Assembly: GCA_050250895.1 (NCBI GenBank) | Contig: JBFWNU010000002.1 | Coordinates: forward strand, 791,659-855,658 | Direction of reading: 5' to 3' | Origin: Vulcanimicrobiota bacterium | Lineage (GTDB): Bacteria > Vulcanimicrobiota > Xenobia > Xenobiales > JADMJV01 | Length of the DNA stretch: 64,000 nt | Part shown: positions 29,241 through 37,955 of the stretch, one piece after another | How the letters are laid out: each line of letters starts with the position of its first letter | Position numbering within the stretch: position 1 is the stretch's first letter | Position numbers and translations under genes: made by a program | The notes under the pieces: generated by a model | The model's input: the letters and a program-made list of their open reading frames with translations, nothing else | What the model was told of the DNA's origin: nothing | The model's database searches: none

Positions 29241-29807
29241 ATGGCAGGTTCACCTGGCGTAAGATCAGTAAGTAGCAGAGGTCCGTCGAGAGGCGCGACC
29301 CGTAATCGGGCCCCTCGTCAGTCCGGTCAGAATCGCGGCCCTCAGCAGGCCCAGCGACAGCAGCAGGCTCAACGCCAGCAGCAGCCCCAGCAGTCCCAGA
29401 GTGCGCAGCCCAGCGGCGGTCAACAGCCCGGCCAGAGCGGCGACGCGGGTGGAGCGGGTGGCGCCGGTGGAGCCGGAGACATTCTTTCTCAGATCATGGA
29501 TATGATCAAGCAGGGCGCCCAAAGCGGCGGTGGCGGCGGCGGTGAACAGGGCGGCGCCGGCGAACAGCCCTCCGAGGGCGGACAGGACCTGGCTCAGATT
29601 CTCCAGGCTCTCGTAGCCCAGCTGGCCCAGCAGGGAGGCCAACAGGGACAGAACCCGCTCCAGCAACTGCTGGGTGGTGGTCCCGGCGGCCCCGGTGGTC
29701 CCGGCGGAATTCCCGGAATGAACGGTCCCGGGGGAATTCCCGGGATGAACGGCCCCGGCGGAATGCCAGGCGTTCCGAATATGGGCGGCCCCAAGATGTT
29801 CGCTTAA
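29241..29807 (+). CDS. Gly/Gln-rich, Cys-free harpin-like protein
   Basis: GGAGG RBS, own terminator; amphipathic helices DILSQIMDMIKQ and DLAQILQALVAQLAQ; GPGGIPGMN repeats. Confidence 0.8.
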   Translation: MAGSPGVRSVSSRGPSRGATRNRAPRQSGQNRGPQQAQRQQQAQRQQQPQQSQSAQPSGGQQPGQSGDAGGAGGAGGAGDILSQIMDMIKQGAQSGGGGGGEQGGAGEQPSEGGQDLAQILQALVAQLAQQGGQQGQNPLQQLLGGGPGGPGGPGGIPGMNGPGGIPGMNGPGGMPGVPNMGGPKMFA

Positions 29808-29813
29808 ACCTTC

Positions 29814-29843
29814 AGGGGACGAAAGAGATTTCGTCCCCTTTTT
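29814..29843 (+). terminator. intrinsic terminator
   Basis: AGGGGACGAAA-GAGA-TTTCGTCCCCT then T tract. Confidence 0.88.
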
Positions 29844-29858
29844 GTGATCATGCTCACA
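29843..29858. promoter_or_regulatory. CRP/FNR-family binding site
   Basis: Perfect TGTGA-N6-TCACA. Confidence 0.75.
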
Positions 29859-29892
29859 GTCTGGGCCCCGGTGTTCGAGCTATGATGTGGTC

Positions 29893-29955
29893 ACACGAAA
29901 CCCCAAGACAACCCAATCCCCACCCCGGCCCCCCCAAGCCGGGGTTTCTCTTTTT
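29893..29955 (+). ncRNA. candidate ~60-nt CRP-dependent sRNA
   Basis: TATGAT -10 at 29881-29886, CRP box centred near -42, C-rich body, plus-strand terminator CCCCGGC-N8-GCCGGGG-TTTCTCTTTTT. Confidence 0.55.
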
Positions 29956-30631
29956 AGGCGAGACTTTGCAGATCGATTCCCGGGGCCAGGTAGTAGTCGA
30001 ATTCGGGATAGCGCCGGCTCATCTCGTGGTGGCTGTCTTCATCAAAGTGCTCGCGGTAGTCGAGCACAAAGGCTCGCAGCCCTAGAATGCGCAGCCGCTC
30101 GGACTGTTCTTGGACCCAGTTTTTTTGGGCCTGATCAAAGCGTCGATCATTGGCGTTTTCGAACAGCACGCCGTCGAGGAGGGGCGCCAGCGCATCCAGG
30201 CAGGCAAACCCCCGGTTCCCCACCAGCATTTTGTCCCCGACAGCCTCGCGCAGCTGGGCTACCAGAGCCAGTAAGGCCGGCTTCCACTCCGGAAACTTGT
30301 CGACGCAGTCGAGGTTGTCGAGAAACAGCCCGTCGTATCGGCGGGTGAGGCGGGCGGCCTCGGCGCTCAGGTGACGTCGCCAAAAGAAGTTGGCGGGATC
30401 GACCCACCAGCTGTTCCAGTCGGGGTCGTGACGACGCTGGCCGAAATACCATGGCGGCTGACCACGCCAGCCGGCGAATTGACTGGCGCTGAGGTAGGCC
30501 AACTTCTTGCCCAGACGCTCGAGCTGCTCGGGATTCCAGCCGCGAGCCTCGAGGATGAGTAAGTCATAGTCACTCAGTTGGTCGAGCAAGCTGGGGTCGT
30601 GCCCGTAATAGACTGCGAAGGTCTTCTTCAT
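29954..30631 (-). CDS. endo-alpha-1,4-polygalactosaminidase-like (GH114/PelA-type TIM barrel) protein
   Basis: FAVYYG, LAYLS, YDGLFLDNLD, VGNRGF, DGVLFE, FVLDY. Confidence 0.75.
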   Translation of the reverse strand: MKKTFAVYYGHDPSLLDQLSDYDLLILEARGWNPEQLERLGKKLAYLSASQFAGWRGQPPWYFGQRRHDPDWNSWWVDPANFFWRRHLSAEAARLTRRYDGLFLDNLDCVDKFPEWKPALLALVAQLREAVGDKMLVGNRGFACLDALAPLLDGVLFENANDRRFDQAQKNWVQEQSERLRILGLRAFVLDYREHFDEDSHHEMSRRYPEFDYYLAPGIDLQSLA

Positions 30632-30669
30632 GCTTGGCGAACCGCTGGCGGATTTGGTAAGTTGTGGGA

Positions 30670-31236
30670 ATGAAAGTTTTTTCGTCGCCCGATCTCACCG
30701 AGCTGGCTCGTCGCATCCAACGCGGAGAGGTCGGCGTGCTGCCCACCGACACACTCTATGGCCTGTCGGGTGATGCCAGCGACGAAAAAGTGGTGGAGCG
30801 GATCTTGACCATCAAAGGCCGGCGTTCGCCAGCTTCGATCATCCCCCCCAGCCCTGATTGGTTGTTCGAATTGTTGACCCCGTCCCAGCGTGGCTTGTGC
30901 CGGATTCATCTGGAAAACTATCGCGGGCGCTTCACCACTCTGTGGCGCTGCGGGCCCGGAGCCGAGATTTTGCCCTTTGCGGTGCGCAGCTCGGGCCTGG
31001 TGGGGGTGCGTCTGCCCGATCACTGGATCTGTGAACTGGCGGCTGCCAGCGGACGGCCGCTGGTGACCACTTCGGTGAATCGGACTGGCGAGGCTCCTAT
31101 GACATGTCTTGACGATCTCGATCCAGACCTGGCAGCCCAGCTGGATTTTGTGGTCGACGAAGGCCTGCTCGACGGACCGTCTTCGACCATGGTGTTCTGC
31201 CACGAGGGGCTGCCCTTCGAGACCCAAGCCCGCTAG
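30670..31236 (+). CDS. L-threonylcarbamoyladenylate synthase (TsaC/Sua5/YrdC family)
   Basis: LPTDTLYGL, IKGR, VGVRLPDH, PLVTTSVN. Confidence 0.88.
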   Translation: MKVFSSPDLTELARRIQRGEVGVLPTDTLYGLSGDASDEKVVERILTIKGRRSPASIIPPSPDWLFELLTPSQRGLCRIHLENYRGRFTTLWRCGPGAEILPFAVRSSGLVGVRLPDHWICELAAASGRPLVTTSVNRTGEAPMTCLDDLDPDLAAQLDFVVDEGLLDGPSSTMVFCHEGLPFETQAR

Positions 31237-32222
31237 CGCAGTTCTTCGACCTGCGGAGACTGTCCCGAGATGACCTCGACCGAGGCTTCGCCTTTGCGGT
31301 TTAGAAACTGGAAGTGATAAAAGACCTGGCGGGGTCCGAGGGGCACTTTCTGGCGGCTTTTGAGCTGCCGAAGGCGCGGAGACTCTTCGACTTCGAGGGC
31401 GTCGTCGTATTCATGTCCCACCAGGCTGCGCTGGTCGCAAAAGAAGACAGGTCGGGAAAAGATCAGCAAGAAGCGGTGGCCGTTGGATTGCGAGATCTCG
31501 ATCCTTGCTTCGTGGTCGTCATAGCTCAGGCTGTCGATGGTGCCTGCCGGTGGCTTGGCTTCGGGCTCTTGCGAGGGTTCGAGTGGCTCGGGCAGTTCGA
31601 TGGTGGCCCGGGGAGGTGAGCGGAACGCTTTTTGGATGCTACCGGGCGAGCGCAGCCACTGCTCGAAGGCCTCGAGGACCGGAAACGACCGGGCGTCGAC
31701 TTTCAAGAATTCGAGACCGGCACGAAAGGTCTTGCCATCGGGTTGGCACCAGGCCACTCGGGCCGTGCAGGTCAGGTTTTCGTGGTGGGGCAGATCGAGC
31801 GAGCACGGGATGACACTGCCTACCGAGATGGCGTCGTCCACTTCGATTTGCACTCCCGAGGCCGAAAAATCGACCGACAGGGCTCGGTAAGAGGGCAGAC
31901 TTGGTGACAGCAGGCGCACCCGGCAGGCGGAGCGCTCGCGTTTGCGCCGATAAGGAACGGCCGCCGGGTGAATGCGGGCCTCGGCGGCCGGGAGCGGGTT
32001 CTGACCTTCTGCCAGGATGCCGCTGGCGATAAAACAACCCTTGCTTGTGAGGCGCACGTGGGACAGGGTAAGACTGACCGGGAATTCTTCGGCCCGGTCG
32101 CGCACCAGGCGAAGCCGCACATGGACCAGACCACTGCCCGGATGAGCATCGCAACGAAAGGTGACCTTGTTGTCTTGTTGCTCGATGAAGTCTGCCGAAA
32201 CCCTGTGCTTGCGCGCGAACAT
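31233..32222 (-). CDS. PilZ domain protein
   Basis: RKRER...DFSASG c-di-GMP motifs, ARVAWC...AGLEF. Confidence 0.85.
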   Translation of the reverse strand: MFARKHRVSADFIEQQDNKVTFRCDAHPGSGLVHVRLRLVRDRAEEFPVSLTLSHVRLTSKGCFIASGILAEGQNPLPAAEARIHPAAVPYRRKRERSACRVRLLSPSLPSYRALSVDFSASGVQIEVDDAISVGSVIPCSLDLPHHENLTCTARVAWCQPDGKTFRAGLEFLKVDARSFPVLEAFEQWLRSPGSIQKAFRSPPRATIELPEPLEPSQEPEAKPPAGTIDSLSYDDHEARIEISQSNGHRFLLIFSRPVFFCDQRSLVGHEYDDALEVEESPRLRQLKSRQKVPLGPRQVFYHFQFLNRKGEASVEVISGQSPQVEELR

Positions 32223-32267
32223 AAAGGTTCTAACAGCGTAGCAGAAACTTGGATTTTTTTCAAGTCC

Positions 32268-32891
32268 TCAGAAGTGCCGTTGGGACAGTAGATAATAGAG
32301 GATGAATTCGGCGTTGTCGGTCTCGATCTGATTGAGGGTGGCGGCGTCATAGCCAGGGTTGGGCTTGTACCAACCGCGGGAGCGGAAATAACGAGCCAGT
32401 TCGGGGTCGACGAAAGGGCGGCCGTGAAACGCCAGGATCTCGTTGCGCATCAAGAGCAATTCCCACACGCTTCGGCCGGCGCAGTCGTCTTCGGTGACCT
32501 CGCGCTGCGAGGTCCAGGCCCAGGCCCGCTGGTCGGCGCATTGGGTTGCTTCGGCCAGCTCTTTTGGAGAGAGCGGCCGGCCCAACAAGGGTTGCCACGA
32601 CTTCTTGGGCACTCCGTAGACACTCAGAGTGGCGGCGGGGATGGCGGGCGCCGAGACGATGACCTCCCAGCGGTTCTCGAAGCGGTGCATCAAATGTTGG
32701 CGCGGGCCAGAGGGATCCTGGCTCATGGCGACCGCCCACATGTCTCGCAACTGGACCGTGCCCAGCTTGCAGTTGGGGTATCTATGGCGAAGGCCCGCCT
32801 GGATGTCACTGTGAGAGGCCGCCGTGTCATCGGCCCAGGCCGCCAGTGAGGCGATGAGCAGTAATGTGAATAAGAACGAGCGCCAGCCCAT
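32268..32891 (-). CDS. YARHG domain protein, signal peptide
   Basis: LMRNEILAFHGRPF...YFRSRGWY...LNQIE; start MGWRSFLF. Confidence 0.85.
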   Translation of the reverse strand: MGWRSFLFTLLLIASLAAWADDTAASHSDIQAGLRHRYPNCKLGTVQLRDMWAVAMSQDPSGPRQHLMHRFENRWEVIVSAPAIPAATLSVYGVPKKSWQPLLGRPLSPKELAEATQCADQRAWAWTSQREVTEDDCAGRSVWELLLMRNEILAFHGRPFVDPELARYFRSRGWYKPNPGYDAATLNQIETDNAEFILYYLLSQRHF

Positions 32892-32923
32892 GCCGCACGA
32901 TTCGGCGCGACGGGTCGTTTGCC

Positions 32924-34483
32924 CTAGTGGGCCGGCGCCACCGGCCCGTCGACCTCGGCCTTGCGGAGCAGAAAGATGAGCGGAATGCACAGGAAGCACG
33001 CCCAGGCCATGACCGCATAGATGTTGATATAGGCCAGCAAGGCCGCCTGTTGGGACACGGTGGCATAGGTAAGGGCGTCGGCCGCCTGCGGGTTGACGAT
33101 CAGGCCCGAAAGCTGGTGGTGGAAGCTCTGATAAACGGAGTCGTACGGGGTGATGTGCTCGACCAGATAGTTCTGAAAGCGCTGGGCTCCGCGTGCGATG
33201 GCGGTGGTGGACAGGGCGATGCCGATGCCGCCGCCGAGATTGCGCATCAGGTTATAGATACCCGAGGCCATGCTGAAGCGTTCCATCGGCAGGTAAGCGT
33301 TGGCCAGGGTGGTCAAGGGGACGAAGATGAATCCGATACCGACCCCCTGGACGATGTTGGCGCTGGTTACGTTCCAGATCGAGATGTCGAGATTGATGTG
33401 GGACAGGAAGATGTTGGAGAGTCCCAGCAAGAAGAAGCCGAAGCCCACAAAATACCGCCCATCGAAGCGAGCCAGCATCGGCCCGACGATCAGCATGGCG
33501 CAGAGCGCCCCTGCCCCGCGCGGGGCCACGGCCAGGCCAGCGTCAAAGGCCGGGTAGCCGACCAGGTTCTGAAGGAACAACGGCAAGACCGTAACCGAGC
33601 CGTACAGGACCGCCCCGACCACGGTGATGAGAAAGGTGGCGATCGCAAAGTTTCGGTCTTTAAGGATGCTCAACTCGACCACCGGGGCCCCGGTGGTAAA
33701 CTCCCAGTTGAGAAAGAACATCAGGGCGATGGCGAAGACCACGCCCAAAGTGATGATCAGGCTTGACTCGAGCCAGCCTTCTTGCTGGCCCTTGTCCAGC
33801 ATGATTTGCAGGGCCGCGATCCAGATGGCCAGGCTGAAGAAGCCTGGATAGTCCACCTTCGAGCCGGCGCGTTGCGACAAAAAGGGAGGATCCTCGATGA
33901 AGATCAGGGCCATGATGATGGCGATGACCCCCACCGGCAAGTTGATGTAGAAGCTCCAGCGCCAGGTATAGTTATCCGTGATGAAGCCGCCTACGATGGG
34001 ACCGAGGATGGGGGCCACCACCACGCCGACGCCGTAGAAGGCCATGGCTGCTCCTCGCTGGCGAGGCGGAAAGCTCTCGAGCAGAACCGCCTGGGCGGTG
34101 GGCTGCATGGCGCCGCCACCAAAACCCTGCAGGATGCGAGCCACGATCAGCATGTTGAGGCTGGTGGCCGCTCCCGAGAGGACCGAGGCGAAGGTAAAGA
34201 TGATAATGCAGGTGACCAGAAAGCGCTTGCGGCCGAAATTGACGGCCAGCCAGCCCGTCAGCGGCAGGACGATGGCGTTGGCGACCAGATAACTGGTGAT
34301 GGCCCAGGTAGCCTCTTCGGCTGTCGAGGCCATGCTACCGGCGATATGGGGCAGGGCCACGTTGGCAATCGAGGTGTCGAGAATCTCCATGAAGGTGGCC
34401 GACATCACCGCGATCGCGATCAGCCAGGGGTTGTGCTTGGGCCTCCAGGCCTGGGCGTCGGGTGGGGGTGCTACTGCAGCCAT
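32924..34483 (-). CDS. emrB: DHA2 MFS efflux permease (EmrB/QacA)
   Basis: FMEILDTSIANVALP, WRWSFYINLPVG, LDKGQQEGW, NLMRNLGG. Confidence 0.92.
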   Translation of the reverse strand: MAAVAPPPDAQAWRPKHNPWLIAIAVMSATFMEILDTSIANVALPHIAGSMASTAEEATWAITSYLVANAIVLPLTGWLAVNFGRKRFLVTCIIIFTFASVLSGAATSLNMLIVARILQGFGGGAMQPTAQAVLLESFPPRQRGAAMAFYGVGVVVAPILGPIVGGFITDNYTWRWSFYINLPVGVIAIIMALIFIEDPPFLSQRAGSKVDYPGFFSLAIWIAALQIMLDKGQQEGWLESSLIITLGVVFAIALMFFLNWEFTTGAPVVELSILKDRNFAIATFLITVVGAVLYGSVTVLPLFLQNLVGYPAFDAGLAVAPRGAGALCAMLIVGPMLARFDGRYFVGFGFFLLGLSNIFLSHINLDISIWNVTSANIVQGVGIGFIFVPLTTLANAYLPMERFSMASGIYNLMRNLGGGIGIALSTTAIARGAQRFQNYLVEHITPYDSVYQSFHHQLSGLIVNPQAADALTYATVSQQAALLAYINIYAVMAWACFLCIPLIFLLRKAEVDGPVAPAH

Positions 34484-35787
34484 ACGGTGGCTTCCACCGA
34501 CATGCCGGGATGCAAAGGCAGTTCCTGGCCCTGAGCGTTGAGCACGATCTTGACCGGAATGCGTTGAACCACTTTCACGAAGTTGCCCGAGGCGTTCTCG
34601 GGGGGTAACAGCGAGAAGATGGCGCCGGTGCCGGGCTGGATGCTCTGGACGCGGCCTTCCAGGTGCTGGTTGGGAAAGGCGTCCACCACCACCTCGACCT
34701 TCTGGTCGACCCGAATCTTTTCCATCTGGGTCTCTTTGAAGTTGGCCACGACCCACAGGTCGCTCTCGTCGACCAGGGCTAGCACCGGGGCTCCGGGGTT
34801 GACCACCTGGCCCGGCTGGACGTTCTTGCGAGCCACCCGGCCGGTGATGGGAGCCACCACCCGGGTGTGGGCCAGGTCGAGTTTGGCTTTGTCGAGCACC
34901 GCTTTGAGGCGCTTGACCTCGGCCTCGGCGGCTTTGACCGAACTCTCGGCCAAGACCACTTGAGTGCGCGTCGTCTCGGCCTTCTCATACTGGCCCTGAG
35001 CCTGGCCGATGCGAGCCTCCATCTCCTCGGCCGAAGCCTTGGCCCGGTCGAGCCCGCGGGCGGCCACCTGGCGACCCGAGCGAGCACTGGCCAGGTTGGC
35101 CTGGGCGGCGTGGACACCCTGACGGGCCTGCTCGACCCGCTTCTGGGCCTCGACGGCAGCCGCCTGGGCCGCCCTGAACTGCTGCTCGGAGATCTCCCGC
35201 TTGGCAAATAGTTGAGCGTAGCGCCTGGAATCTTCGCTCAGGCGGGCGGCCTCGGTCTGCGCGCCTTCGAGGGCGGCCTGATTCTGTTTGATGCCCGATT
35301 GGGCCTGGGCGATGGCTGACGAGGTCTGTTCGAGTTGAGCGGCGGCCACGTCGGCGGCGCGTTGGGCCGAGACGACCTGTTGGCGGCTCACCTCGATAGC
35401 GCTCGAACTCTCGAGCAGACTGGCCTGGCTGGTTTCGCGCGCCAGTTGCACCTGCAGGCGAGCCGTCATCAGTTTGCTCTGGGCGGCGGCCAGTTCGCCT
35501 TCGATCTGATCGACTCGAGCCTGATATTCGCGGGGATCGATCTCGAAGAGCAGGTCGCCCTCTTTGACCGGCTGGTTCTCGACCACGGCCACCTGGGTCA
35601 CCTGACCGCTGACCCGGGCGCTGATGGGGCTAATGGCTCCTTCGATCTGGGCGTTATCGGTGACCTGACGCAGCAGCGAGAGGTGATAGACGTGCAGGCC
35701 GTAGGCGGCTCCGGCGATGATGACGATCAGCATGAGCAGCCAGCCGATCGGGTTGCGGCGGGGCTTGGGTTCTTGTTGCTCACTCAT
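34471..35787 (-). CDS. emrA: HlyD/EmrA family membrane fusion protein
   Basis: TDNAQI, ANFKETQ, FSLLPPENASGNFVKVVQRIPVKI. Confidence 0.92.
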   Translation of the reverse strand: MSEQQEPKPRRNPIGWLLMLIVIIAGAAYGLHVYHLSLLRQVTDNAQIEGAISPISARVSGQVTQVAVVENQPVKEGDLLFEIDPREYQARVDQIEGELAAAQSKLMTARLQVQLARETSQASLLESSSAIEVSRQQVVSAQRAADVAAAQLEQTSSAIAQAQSGIKQNQAALEGAQTEAARLSEDSRRYAQLFAKREISEQQFRAAQAAAVEAQKRVEQARQGVHAAQANLASARSGRQVAARGLDRAKASAEEMEARIGQAQGQYEKAETTRTQVVLAESSVKAAEAEVKRLKAVLDKAKLDLAHTRVVAPITGRVARKNVQPGQVVNPGAPVLALVDESDLWVVANFKETQMEKIRVDQKVEVVVDAFPNQHLEGRVQSIQPGTGAIFSLLPPENASGNFVKVVQRIPVKIVLNAQGQELPLHPGMSVEATVWLQ

Positions 35788-37117
35788 CGGTGACACCTCT
35801 CTTGTGAAAAACCTCCAGCAGCATGTCGGGGCGACCCGAGGCCGCCGCCAGCTGGATCAGGGCCAGGTTGTAGCTGGCCAGCGCATCGACCCGCTGCACC
35901 GACAACCTGGTCAGAGCGGCCTGGGAAGACAGCACCTCGATGTTGTTGGTCAGTCCGGCCGAGAAACGGTCCTCGGACATCTCGAGTTCGGTGCGCGCCA
36001 ATTCTACGGCCTGGCCGGCCACCGCGAGCCGGGCCTGGGCCGTGCGCAAGATCGAATAGGCATCCCGCACATCCTTGTCGACCTGGATCGATTGGTCGTC
36101 GCGTTCGAGCCGGGCCTGGGTGACCCGACTTTTGGCCGCCTCGATCTGACCCTCGGTGGCTCCCCCGTCAAACAGGGGCCAGCGCAGATTGATGCCCACC
36201 GCGTGGGTGATGAACGAGTTGTCGAAGGGTGTATTGCCCGAGAACCCCACGTCAGCGGCCACATCGACCGTAGGGGAGTTGTCGGCTTCGGTGGCGTGAA
36301 GGCGGGCTTCGGCCAGCGACAGCTGATAATTTCGCAGGCGCATCTCCAAGCGCTCGGAGCGGGCCATGGCGACGGTCTCTTCTTCGCCGGGGTATGGGTT
36401 GGGAAGTAGCTGCAGCTGGTCGGTGAGCTGCACCCCCGAGGTCAAGGGCAACCCCGTCACCCGCAGTAGCTCGCGCTGAGTGGACCGGACCGCTTCTTCA
36501 TCCTGGGCCAGGGTCAGCCGTTGCTCGGCCAGTCGGGTTTGAGCTCGGGTGACGTCTACGCCGGCGCCGACTCCGGCCTGTTCCTGGTTTTGGGCCAGTT
36601 GCAGCAGCCGTTCAGCCAGGGCGACATCGGCCTGACTGGTGTGCAGCTTCTCTTCGGCCTGCAGGGCATAGATGTAGTCGACAGCCGTCAAGACCGTGAC
36701 GGTGCGCCGGGCCAGCTCGGACTCGGCCTCGCGCAGGTCGCGGCCCAGCGAGGCGGCCTCGACCTCGAAGCCTCGCCTGGGATCAAAGACCTTATAGAGC
36801 AGCTGCAGCCGCGAGTCGAAGCTGTAGAACGGGCCGATCAGGGCTGGAATGGGCAGACCGGGAGCGTCGAATCCCTGGGCCTTAAGGTTGACGGTGCGGT
36901 TGAATTGGCCGACCGTCAAACCTAGCTGGGGGGCGAAGGCGGCGTAGGCAGCCGTCACCGAGCCTTCGGCCTCGCGAATCCGCTCGCGCGACTCGCGGGT
37001 TGTGAGGTTACTTTCCACCGCCCGGGCGATGGCCTCGTCGAGGCCCAGCGCCGTGGGTTCGGCGGCGGCCGTCAGGCTCAGCGCCAGCAGCAGGGCCACG
37101 GCCAGCCAGCCTTTCAT
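35780..37117 (-). CDS. TolC family outer membrane efflux protein
   Basis: Signal peptide MKGWLAVALL, WPLFDGG, helical repeats; within efflux operon. Confidence 0.9.
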   Translation of the reverse strand: MKGWLAVALLLALSLTAAAEPTALGLDEAIARAVESNLTTRESRERIREAEGSVTAAYAAFAPQLGLTVGQFNRTVNLKAQGFDAPGLPIPALIGPFYSFDSRLQLLYKVFDPRRGFEVEAASLGRDLREAESELARRTVTVLTAVDYIYALQAEEKLHTSQADVALAERLLQLAQNQEQAGVGAGVDVTRAQTRLAEQRLTLAQDEEAVRSTQRELLRVTGLPLTSGVQLTDQLQLLPNPYPGEEETVAMARSERLEMRLRNYQLSLAEARLHATEADNSPTVDVAADVGFSGNTPFDNSFITHAVGINLRWPLFDGGATEGQIEAAKSRVTQARLERDDQSIQVDKDVRDAYSILRTAQARLAVAGQAVELARTELEMSEDRFSAGLTNNIEVLSSQAALTRLSVQRVDALASYNLALIQLAAASGRPDMLLEVFHKRGVTDE

Positions 37118-37629
37118 AGCTGGGCCTCGTCGGCCTCGCAGACAGAATAGGCCAGCCGTTTGAGCAAGCTGGTAAGCTTCACCCGCTCGGCCTGTTCCAG
37201 GCCGCTCAGCATGCACTTGCAGAAGCGGTGATAGCGGGGGAAGATCTCGTCGATCAGTTCTTTGCCGGGGGGTAGTAGGACGGCCAGTTTGATGCGCCGA
37301 TCCTGGGAGTGGGGCCGGCGTTCGACCAGGCCTCGACGGGCCAGCCCGTCGATCAGACCGGTAATGTTGGCTGGAGTCTTGAGCAGCAGCGACCCCAGCT
37401 CTTTGAGCGGCACCTCGCCGCGATCTTGCAAAATGGCCAGCACATTGAAGCTGGCCAGAGTGAGGTCTACCTGGGCCAGAGCCGTCGAGAACTGTCGCTC
37501 GAGGCGATCGTGGGCCTGAATGAGCGAGATCAGCAGCCGACTGACGTCGGGATCGAAGTTCGGATCTTCTTTGGCTCTGGTGAGAAAACGAGACTCATAG
37601 TAAGCCTCGCGACGGAGGTCGGGGTCCAT
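37114..37629 (-). CDS. MarR family transcriptional regulator
   Basis: ITGLIDGLARRGLVERRPHSQDRR wHTH. Confidence 0.92.
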   Translation of the reverse strand: MDPDLRREAYYESRFLTRAKEDPNFDPDVSRLLISLIQAHDRLERQFSTALAQVDLTLASFNVLAILQDRGEVPLKELGSLLLKTPANITGLIDGLARRGLVERRPHSQDRRIKLAVLLPPGKELIDEIFPRYHRFCKCMLSGLEQAERVKLTSLLKRLAYSVCEADEAQL

Positions 37630-37670
37630 TGTTTAGCCAGTATATATTTAGGGACCTAACTAAACAATGG
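37626..37670 (-). promoter_or_regulatory. marR operon promoter and operator
   Basis: Minus strand TTGTTT-N17-TATACT 9 nt before ATG; 11-bp inverted repeat CCATTGTTTAG/CTAAACAATGG flanking it. Confidence 0.65.
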
Positions 37671-37680
37671 TTCAAATGGA

Positions 37681-37878
37681 CTACATCGACAGATAGAGCA
37701 GGGCGGCCGAGCCCAGATTCAGACCCCAGCCGAAATGGCAGTTCTCCAGCATGCGCATCGAGATGAAGGGGCCGGAACGGTCGATTCTCGAGGGAACCTT
37801 GAGGGTGTCGGTGCGCTCGGTGCGAACCGGTTGAGTGGTGCGTTGGGTCCGAAGGGACCGGCGTGATCTGACGTGCAT
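37681..37878 (-). CDS. small hypothetical protein, 65 aa
   Basis: AGGAGG RBS 5 nt before ATG; R/T-rich N-terminus, hydrophobic C-terminus. Confidence 0.65.
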   Translation of the reverse strand: MHVRSRRSLRTQRTTQPVRTERTDTLKVPSRIDRSGPFISMRMLENCHFGWGLNLGSAALLYLSM

Positions 37879-37955
37879 GCTAACCTCCTGACGCTAGATT
37901 AGCCGGTCCAACTACACTATCTTTTGGTTTCAGTGTTCACGAAGTGAACAGGATG

